Assembly (NCBI GenBank): GCA_963810935.1
Contig: CAWEPK010000003.1
Location: 32,001 to 96,000, forward strand
Source of the DNA: an uncultured delta proteobacterium
GTDB taxonomy: Bacteria; Desulfobacterota; Syntrophorhabdia; Syntrophorhabdales; WCHB1-27
DNA: 64,000 bases
Direction: 5' to 3'
The first letter of the stretch is position 1. Every line of letters begins with the position of its first letter. Below are positions 10,768-17,697 of this stretch, piece by piece. The notes beneath the pieces are model-generated. The model was not told the DNA's origin and did not search any database. It worked only from the letters and a program-made list of their open reading frames with translations. The translations under genes were made by a program, and so were the position numbers.

Positions 10768-11997
10768 CTACTCCATTACGGTATAGGCCGACTCGCGGTG
10801 CTGGCTCAGGTCCAGCCCCACAATCTCTTCCTTCAAGGGCACGCGGACGTCGGTGAAGAGATCGACTGCCTTATAGATGATGTAGGTGGCGACCAGGCTG
10901 TAAGCCGCGACTGCGCCAGTTGCCAGGAGCTGGACAAGGAACTGCCGGCTGTTGCCGAAGAACAGGCCGTCAGCCCCTGCCGCGTTGATCGCCTTCGAGG
11001 CAAATAGGCCCGTAACCAGCATGCCGATGATGCCGCCTATGCCGTGCACGCCGAATGCGTCGAGGGAGTCGTCGTAGCCGAGCTTCGGCTTAATCAGGCT
11101 GACGCAGATAAAGCATATTATGCTCGCGATGAGCCCTATGATTATCGCGGGGAAGGTGCCCACGAAGCCGGAGGCCGCCGTGATCGTGGCAAGGCCCGCG
11201 ATCGAGCCGGTTATCGTGCCGAACATGGTGGGCTTGCCCGTGAAGAGCCATTCGAGAACGGCCCACGTCAGCCCTGCGGTCGCAGCGCCTATGTGCGTGA
11301 CTACCAGGGCATGGACCGCAAGGCCGTTCGCGGCCAGCGCGCTGCCTGCGTTGAACCCGAACCAACCGAACCAGAGCAGCGCTCCGCCCAGCACGGTGAA
11401 GGGCAGGTTGTGCGGGGGAACGGGCCTGTTCTTATATCCGGTGCGCCGGCCGATGACCAGGGCCGTAACGAGGGCGGCGATGCCCGCATTGATGTGGACG
11501 ACGCTGCCTCCCGCGAAATCAATCACGCCCATCTCTTTCAGCCATCCCCCCACGCCCCATACCCAGTGGCAAACGGGGTCGTAAACGAAAGTCGCCCAGA
11601 GGACGGTGAAGATAAGAAAAGCGGAGAACTTCATGCGCTCGGCGAACGCGCCGATGATGAGGGCAGGCGTGATGATCGCAAACATGGCCTGGAAGATCAT
11701 GAAAGCCTCATGCGGAATAGTCGGCGCGTAGTCGGCGTAAGGGGCTGCGCCGACGCCCGCGAGACCGGCCCACGCAAGGCTGCCTATGAACTTATTGCCC
11801 GGTGCGAACGAAAGGCTGTAACCGAAGAAGACCCACTGGAGCGTAAGAATACAAAGGACTACGAAGCACTGCATGAGGACGCCGAGTATGTTCTTGCGCC
11901 GCACCATCCCGCCATAAAAAAAGGCAAGCCCTGGCGTCATGAGCATCACGAGCCCGGTAGAGATCAACACCCACGCGGTATCACCTGCGCTTATCAT
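10768..11997 (-). CDS. amtB: Ammonium transporter (paralogue 2)
   Basis: Same Amt motifs (DFAGGSVVH, WFGWFGFN, DDSLDAFGVH). Confidence 0.97.
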   Translation of the reverse strand: MISAGDTAWVLISTGLVMLMTPGLAFFYGGMVRRKNILGVLMQCFVVLCILTLQWVFFGYSLSFAPGNKFIGSLAWAGLAGVGAAPYADYAPTIPHEAFMIFQAMFAIITPALIIGAFAERMKFSAFLIFTVLWATFVYDPVCHWVWGVGGWLKEMGVIDFAGGSVVHINAGIAALVTALVIGRRTGYKNRPVPPHNLPFTVLGGALLWFGWFGFNAGSALAANGLAVHALVVTHIGAATAGLTWAVLEWLFTGKPTMFGTITGSIAGLATITAASGFVGTFPAIIIGLIASIICFICVSLIKPKLGYDDSLDAFGVHGIGGIIGMLVTGLFASKAINAAGADGLFFGNSRQFLVQLLATGAVAAYSLVATYIIYKAVDLFTDVRVPLKEEIVGLDLSQHRESAYTVME

Positions 11998-12082
11998 TCC
12001 TCTCCTCCCTGGAGTTATCTATGCGGCGACCGCGCCTGCTTGCTTGCGCGGCAACGCCCTTTCGAAAGGCCTTCAGGTGCGC

Positions 12083-12138
12083 AAAAAAGGCTTTCCCTTA
12101 CCGGTAACCTCAATGTTTCCTCGACACGCCAATGTGTC
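12083..12138 (-). promoter_or_regulatory. ANTAR-type dual hexaloop RNA motif in amtB2 leader
   Basis: GACAC-ATTGGC-GTGTC (12123-12138), 5-nt linker, AAC-ATTGAG-GTT (12106-12117); both loops have A1 and G4; followed by a weak hairpin and T6. Confidence 0.72.
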
Positions 12139-12168
12139 AGATTGCGCTTTGGAAGGACTTCCGCCTTT

Positions 12169-12198
12169 TACAAGTCGAAAAGGTGCGTTGATGGTAAC
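12169..12198 (-). promoter_or_regulatory. Putative alternative-sigma promoter GTTACCA-N16-ACTTGTA upstream of amtB2
   Basis: Third exact copy of the motif, just downstream of the sigma-factor stop codon. Confidence 0.75.
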
Positions 12199-12217
12199 TC
12201 GGGGGGGTGCGGCTCGT

Positions 12218-12859
12218 TTAGTTCCGGCAGCCTGCGGTGAGGCGCCTGCTGCCTTTGCGGCCGGCTGCGCGCCCGTTGAGCCTCTCGTATTTTGCCCTTA
12301 TCTTATTGCGGATCTTCACGACGCTGACATGGGAGATGCCCAGTTTCTGCCCTATTTCCCTCGTGGTCAGGCCTTCGAGGCAGAAAAAAAGGACGTCCCG
12401 TTCCCTCTGGCTCGTGCCGGACCCCGTCATCGCCTCAACCTCCAGTATGGTCTCCACCTGGTCGCACGACGGGCGGCCCTCCGCAATGAGCATCTCTTCG
12501 AGGTGCGGCCCGTCCTCTTCCATTATGCGGTTGAGGCTCAAAAGCGTGGTGGGGTCATGCGCTTTCCTTATGTAGTTCTTGAGGTGGAAATAGCAGCCCT
12601 GGAGTATATAACTGTCCGTCTTGTCTTCCAGGTTGCCCGCCAGGAAATCGCACCACAGGTGGATCAGGGCCTCCTGAAGAAGGTCCTGGTCGTCCATGAA
12701 GGAGAAATGGCCGTTCAGCTTGCGGGCAATCCTGCGGAGCGTGGGCGAGAGCTTATCGACGAGGGACTCAAAGGAGAAGTAGCCGGTCCTCGTGCGGACC
12801 TTCTGCGTTCCGGCCGTGTTGTCTACGCTTACAAGATGTCTGCTCGCCATTTCTTCCAT
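12218..12859 (-). CDS. Alternative sigma-70 family RNA polymerase sigma factor (regions 2 and 4; ECF/SigH-like)
   Basis: Region 2-like DDQDLLQEALIHLW...LKNYIRK; region 4 HTH GLTTREIGQKLGISHVSV; no adjacent anti-sigma. Confidence 0.85.
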   Translation of the reverse strand: MEEMASRHLVSVDNTAGTQKVRTRTGYFSFESLVDKLSPTLRRIARKLNGHFSFMDDQDLLQEALIHLWCDFLAGNLEDKTDSYILQGCYFHLKNYIRKAHDPTTLLSLNRIMEEDGPHLEEMLIAEGRPSCDQVETILEVEAMTGSGTSQRERDVLFFCLEGLTTREIGQKLGISHVSVVKIRNKIRAKYERLNGRAAGRKGSRRLTAGCRN

Positions 12860-12876
12860 CCTATGCCCCTCAAACG

Positions 12877-12971
12877 AAAAAAGGCGTCCGAACCCTTTTT
12901 AAGGTTCAGGACGCCTGAGTCCTCTGATTGTCTTTTGCCTACGCAGGCAACGGGAAAGACTTCAATGTCTT
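12877..12971 (-). promoter_or_regulatory. ANTAR-type antitermination leader of the sigma-factor gene
   Basis: P1 AAGAC-ATTGAA-GTCTT (12956-12971); P2 GGAC-TCAGGC-GTCC (12909-12922) overlaps the strong terminator GGCGTCCTGAACCTT-AAAA-AGGGTTCGGACGCC-T6 (12877-12915). Confidence 0.75.
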
Positions 12972-12980
12972 CTTTTCAGT

Positions 12981-13009
12981 AGTATCCTACAAAAACGTAT
13001 CCCTGTCAA
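12981..13009 (-). promoter_or_regulatory. Sigma70-type promoter of the sigma-factor gene
   Basis: TTGACA-N17-GATACT immediately upstream of leader P1. Confidence 0.7.
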
Positions 13010-13080
13010 GCTTGATCGGACGGTAAAACGCGTTTTTTTCTTAGGGGTTGTAAGAGGAGGGCGGTTCGCCGGCTGCTTTT

Positions 13081-14304
13081 CTAACGTCTTATGTCCGCTG
13101 CCACGATGATCGCGTCAGCCACTTCCCTCATGCTCTTTCTTAAGTCCATGCTCTTTTTGTGGATCTTCTTGTACGCCTCGTCCTCTCCGATGCCCATCTC
13201 CTTCATCAGCACGCCCTTGGCCCTCTCTACGACCTTCCTCGTCTCCAGGGCCTCTTTCGCCGACAGTATCTCCTGGTCGAGGCGCGTGTTCTCGATCGCC
13301 ACGGCCGCCTGGTTGGCGATGGCCTGCATGATGTCGATCTCCTCCCTGGAGAAGTTGTGCTGCTTCTGCATGTAGCTGTTTATGACGCCGATGACCCTGT
13401 CCTTAATCATCATCGGCACCGCTATCATGGAGACGACGCCCTCTTTCTTTGCGACGTGCGGGTACATATAGCCCGGCTCTTTCGTAACGTCGGCAACAGT
13501 GATGGGCCGTTTTTCGAGCACCACCCTGCCTGCACTCGATTGGCCCACCTTCAGGTTCGGCTTGTTGATGTATTCCTGGCTGAGGCTCTGCGTTGCCGCA
13601 ATGACAAGCTCCTGCTTCTTTTCGTCGAGGAGCATGATCGAGCAGATCTTCGTGCCCATCACCTGGGCGGTCATGGTCACGATAAGCTGGAGTATCTCTT
13701 TCAGGTAGTAATCGGAGACGATGGTGCGGCTTACCTCCGACAGGAGGTCGAGCTGCTTGGCTTTCCTGTTGATCTCTTCGTAGACGACCGCGTTCTCGAT
13801 GGCGCTCCCCAGGTACTTCGAGATCGTGAAGAGCAGGTTTACCTGGTCCTCGGGATACTCGTACTCTTTTTTGTGGTGCAGGTTCATAACGCCCGTGATC
13901 TTGTCCTTCGCAAGGATGGGGACCGCCAGAAACGCCTCGTACTTGTCTTCGGCCAGCGCGGTGAAGCTCTTGAACCTCGGGTCCTTGTACGCCTGGCGCG
14001 CGAGCGCGACGGGCTTCTTTTCCTTTGCGGCCCAGCCGGTCACGCCTTCGCCCAGCTTAAGCTTGATCGCACCCACGACCTTGCTGTGGCCCGTGCCCGC
14101 GGCGCGGAGCGTCAGTTCGTCGTTCTGCTCGCTATAAAGATAGATAAGGCACGAGTCTGCGCCGGTCAGGCCGACCACCATATCGACGATATGGGCGAGA
14201 AGCTCGTTCAGCTCCAGGTTGCTGCTGATATGCTGGGCCACCTGGTGTAAGATGGCCATCTCCTGTTCTTTCGCGCTCTGTTTCCGCCCTGCTTTGGTCG
14301 CCAT
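13081..14304 (-). CDS. GAF-GAF-ANTAR RNA-binding antiterminator
   Basis: Two GAF repeats (LGEGVTGWAA...DPRF...FLAVPI; SMIAVPM...IGVIN) and a C-terminal ANTAR (LETRKVVERAKGVLM...EDEAYKKIHKKSMDLRKSMREVADAII). Confidence 0.92.
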   Translation of the reverse strand: MATKAGRKQSAKEQEMAILHQVAQHISSNLELNELLAHIVDMVVGLTGADSCLIYLYSEQNDELTLRAAGTGHSKVVGAIKLKLGEGVTGWAAKEKKPVALARQAYKDPRFKSFTALAEDKYEAFLAVPILAKDKITGVMNLHHKKEYEYPEDQVNLLFTISKYLGSAIENAVVYEEINRKAKQLDLLSEVSRTIVSDYYLKEILQLIVTMTAQVMGTKICSIMLLDEKKQELVIAATQSLSQEYINKPNLKVGQSSAGRVVLEKRPITVADVTKEPGYMYPHVAKKEGVVSMIAVPMMIKDRVIGVINSYMQKQHNFSREEIDIMQAIANQAAVAIENTRLDQEILSAKEALETRKVVERAKGVLMKEMGIGEDEAYKKIHKKSMDLRKSMREVADAIIVAADIRR

Positions 14305-14342
14305 TGGTGCTCCGTACGAGAATAAGCCCGGAATAAGAGTCT

Positions 14343-14371
14343 ATCTTATTGTATCGCACCCCCTTTGTCAA
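14343..14371 (-). promoter_or_regulatory. Sigma70-type promoter of the ANTAR gene
   Basis: TTGACA-N17-TAAGAT. Confidence 0.55.
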
Positions 14372-14434
14372 CCTTGCCCTGCCTTGCGTTTCAGCCGCTC
14401 CCGGCTCGCGAATAAAATCTATTTCCCATAGAGA

Positions 14435-15505
14435 TTGTTATGTGATAGAAAGATGTGCGAGGTAAATCCGGAAATGGTTGGCAGACAGAACGAGATGGAC
14501 CGGCTGCTCCAGGCCCTGCGCGACCCCGACTGGGAGAAGCGCTTCAAGGCCGCCGAGGGGCTCGGCAAGCTGAAGAGGGCTAGGGCAGTGCGGCCGCTTA
14601 TCGAGGCGCTCAAGGACGAAGAGGAATACGTCCGGGAGGGGGCCGCCTGGGCCCTGGGCGAGATAGGCCACAAGATGGCGGTCGAGCACCTGACGGAAAC
14701 GCTCGCAGACAAGGACAGGTACGTGCGGGAGGGGGCCGTGACCGCCCTCGGTAAGATAAAAGACCCGGGTGTCGTCGCTCCGCTCGCGGGCTCGTTGAAA
14801 AACCCGGAAGAATCGATGAGGCGGGCCGCCGAAGAGGCCCTGGGAGGGCTCGGGCCCGCCGCACTCGGAGAGATTGCCGGTCTGCTGACGGATGCGGACT
14901 GGGATATCAGGTGGAGGGTCACGCACATAATGGGGCGCATCAAGGACGGCTCGGTCGTCCCCGCCCTGTGCGCAAGCCTGAAGGACGAGAACAAATACGT
15001 GCGGGAAGGGGCGGCGGCGGCGCTCGGCGAGATAGGGGACAAAAAGGCCGTGCCGGCGCTGGTCGAGGCCCTGGGCGACCAGAATAAATACGTGCGCGAA
15101 GAGGTCGTGAACGCCCTGGGCGAGCTGGGCGACAAAAGGGCGGTTGATGCCCTCATGGGCGCCCTCGACGATGCGGACTGGGGCGTCCGGTGGGGCGCAA
15201 CGAACGCCCTTGGCGAGATAAGGGACAAAAAGGCGATTGATGCACTCATCCTCCGCCTGAAAGACGAAGCGCGATACGTCCGCGAGGGCGCGGCGCTCGC
15301 CCTCTCCAGGATAGGCAGGGCGGCGGTCCCGACGCTCATCGAATCCCTCAGGGACAAAGACCGCAACATAAGGCGCTGGGCCGCCTGGACCCTGGGTAAG
15401 ATCAAGGACGAGAGGGCCGCCAGGCACCTCATAGGGGCGCTCAACGACGAGGACGGGGGAGTGCAGTTCGCCGCAGAAGTCGCCCTCGCCGAGATGGAAG
15501 AGTAA
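14435..15505 (+). CDS. HEAT (PBS-lyase-like) repeat protein; start uncertain
   Basis: About 11 tandem 31-aa repeats of the form YVREGAAxALGEIGDKxAVxxLxxALxD. Confidence 0.85.
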   Translation: MLCDRKMCEVNPEMVGRQNEMDRLLQALRDPDWEKRFKAAEGLGKLKRARAVRPLIEALKDEEEYVREGAAWALGEIGHKMAVEHLTETLADKDRYVREGAVTALGKIKDPGVVAPLAGSLKNPEESMRRAAEEALGGLGPAALGEIAGLLTDADWDIRWRVTHIMGRIKDGSVVPALCASLKDENKYVREGAAAALGEIGDKKAVPALVEALGDQNKYVREEVVNALGELGDKRAVDALMGALDDADWGVRWGATNALGEIRDKKAIDALILRLKDEARYVREGAALALSRIGRAAVPTLIESLRDKDRNIRRWAAWTLGKIKDERAARHLIGALNDEDGGVQFAAEVALAEMEE

Positions 15506-15548
15506 CCGTAGCGCAATCTACGAAAAAGGAATATCTTAAGGTAAGACC

Positions 15549-16448
15549 ATGACGTGCTACATGTGCGTAAAGGTGCCCGTAGCGAACCTGCGAAAGACGC
15601 CCAAAGAGGCCATGCCGCTCCTCGTCCGCGATGAAATGCAGGAGAGCCAGCTTCTTTTCAACGAGGTCGTCGCAGTCCGGGAGGAGCGCGGCGATTGGCT
15701 GGCGGTCGATGCGCTCGAGCAGCAGAAGCTCGTCGACGGCACATGGCAGGGCTACCCCGGCTGGATGCGAAAAAAGGACCTTGCGCCTGCGGACGGGCCT
15801 GCACCCTATAACGGTGTAGTAAAGGCGCCCTTCACGACGGCGCGCATTTTACCCGCCGCAAAAGCAGCGGCCGTTTTCCCTCTGGGCCTCGGCACGAGAC
15901 TCTCTTTCACGGACGAGGCGAAGGGGTTTCTGGGGTTTGCGATGGAAGGCGGGAAGCCTGCGTGGGTGGCAAAGGATGCGATTGCGTCGATGCCGCCCAA
16001 AGGCGGCGTAAAGCCCGCGGAAGTAGTCAGGCTCGCACGCCTTTTCCTGGGCGCCGTCTACCTGTGGGGCGGCCGCTCGATGCCGATGCCCTGGGCGGTC
16101 GGCCCCGTCATGGGCATCGATTGCTCGGCCCTCGCGAACCTCGCCTTTCGCGCTGCAGGAATCGATTTACCGAGGGATGCCCACGATCAATGCAAGGCGG
16201 CATCGTCGATAGAGGCAGCATCGTTGAAGGCGGCGGACCTGGTCTTTCTCGCCTCGGCAGGCGTTGACGATACGGTGCGCCACGTGATGGTCCACCTGGG
16301 CGGCGAGCGCCTGATCGAAGCCGCCCAGACGGGCGACATGGTGCGGATAAGCACGTTTCGTGAAAGGCTCGGCGTCTCACTGAAGGAGATCGCGAAAGGG
16401 CATGGCACAGGCCCGGAGAGAAAAATATACTTCGGAAGGATTCTATAA
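15549..16448 (+). CDS. NlpC/P60 cysteine peptidase (YkfC-like, SH3b-like N-terminus)
   Basis: YLWGG...GIDCSAL...LPRDA...DLVF...HV. Confidence 0.85.
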   Translation: MTCYMCVKVPVANLRKTPKEAMPLLVRDEMQESQLLFNEVVAVREERGDWLAVDALEQQKLVDGTWQGYPGWMRKKDLAPADGPAPYNGVVKAPFTTARILPAAKAAAVFPLGLGTRLSFTDEAKGFLGFAMEGGKPAWVAKDAIASMPPKGGVKPAEVVRLARLFLGAVYLWGGRSMPMPWAVGPVMGIDCSALANLAFRAAGIDLPRDAHDQCKAASSIEAASLKAADLVFLASAGVDDTVRHVMVHLGGERLIEAAQTGDMVRISTFRERLGVSLKEIAKGHGTGPERKIYFGRIL

Positions 16449-16460
16449 CGGGAGGAAAAT

Positions 16461-16775
16461 ATGTCTGTCTTGTTGGAGCTTGCGATGTTCCCCACGGACA
16501 AGGGCGCGAGCGTGAGCACCTACGTTGCGCGGATCATCGGTATGTTCGATAAAAAGGGCCTTGATTACCGCCTCACGCCGATGGGTACGGTGATCGAGAC
16601 GGACGACCTCGAAACGGGGCTCAAGGCAATCGCCGACGCCTATAAGGAGCTCGAGCCCGACTGTGGAAGGGTCTACGCGACGGCTAAGCTCGACATCAGG
16701 AAGGGCAAGGGCGGCAGGCTCACGCAGAAGATCGAATCCGTCGAGAGCAAGATGGGGAAAAAGGCGAAGACCTGA
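16461..16775 (+). CDS. MTH1187/YkoF-family thiamine-binding protein
   Basis: SVSTYVA...YRLTPMGTVIE...KLDIR...KIESVE. Confidence 0.85.
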   Translation: MSVLLELAMFPTDKGASVSTYVARIIGMFDKKGLDYRLTPMGTVIETDDLETGLKAIADAYKELEPDCGRVYATAKLDIRKGKGGRLTQKIESVESKMGKKAKT

Positions 16776-16797
16776 GAAAGCCTCGCGCCGCCCCCGG

Positions 16798-17697
16798 TCA
16801 GGCCAACCGGATACGGAACTTCTCGACCATGCGGTCCGGGTTATAGGATAGCTTCGCCTCCCTCAAACCCGGCTCCCCCAGGTCCTGCTCGCGGTTGACG
16901 AAAGGTACGCCCGACCATTCACGCTCGCAGAACTGCTGGTTTATCGCGGCGTAAAGACCGCGTATCTCGACATTCGCTTTCTCTATATGGACGACGGCGG
17001 TCTGCGCATTGAGGCGCTCACCCAGGGTGAACGCCTCGACTTTGCCTTCGATGAGGATCGCCCCGCCTTTTATCTGCAATGCGCGGAAATTCAGGAGGGC
17101 TTCCCGCGTCGCGTCGCCCTCGCCGATCAGGTTCAGGTCCTCTTCGCACCGCCGCAGCTCGCACCACGTGACCGCCATTTCCAGGCAGGCATCGATATGG
17201 CCTTCCTCTATAGGCTCATAAACAAACCTGTAGGAGCGCATGAGGTAATTGAGGTGGTTCCGCTTGGACCGGTACGCCTTGCCTTCCAGCCTGATGAGGT
17301 CGTCGGTCCGGTAGACGTAATCGAAGTGGTCGCGCACGGGCTCGGATGCGAAGCCCCCGTCGGAGGCAAGCTCGGCCGCGAGCCGCGCGTCCGCCCTGTC
17401 TATGCGCGGCGCCTCGACGTGCCTCTCGTCTGCCAGCCACGAAAGGAGCATCCGGGTAACTTCCGCCCGTGACGGCGGCCCGATAGGGGGTAGGGCACAG
17501 ACGCCGTTTCCTGAAGGTGAGCCGATTACCAGCAGCCAATCGCCGAATACGGACCAGGAAAACCCGTAATGCGACCTCCATATGAACATGTTGGTGAAAT
17601 TCAGCTCGGACGTTTCCGGCCCGTAGGCCTCAAGCCTGCCCCTGATGAAGTCCCTGTCTTCGATGCCGACAGGCTTGAATTCCGGAAACTCAGGCAT
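16798..17697 (-). CDS. DUF2156 / phosphatidylglycerol lysyltransferase-domain (GNAT-like) protein
   Basis: SELNFTN, DYVYRTDDL, KRNHLN, HIEKAN, NREQDLGEPGLREAKLSY. Confidence 0.8.
   Translation of the reverse strand: MPEFPEFKPVGIEDRDFIRGRLEAYGPETSELNFTNMFIWRSHYGFSWSVFGDWLLVIGSPSGNGVCALPPIGPPSRAEVTRMLLSWLADERHVEAPRIDRADARLAAELASDGGFASEPVRDHFDYVYRTDDLIRLEGKAYRSKRNHLNYLMRSYRFVYEPIEEGHIDACLEMAVTWCELRRCEEDLNLIGEGDATREALLNFRALQIKGGAILIEGKVEAFTLGERLNAQTAVVHIEKANVEIRGLYAAINQQFCEREWSGVPFVNREQDLGEPGLREAKLSYNPDRMVEKFRIRLA

Noticed and set aside
14435..15505. Tandem DNA repeats as a possible CRISPR array or VNTR
   Set aside because: They are in-frame 93-nt coding repeats of a HEAT protein
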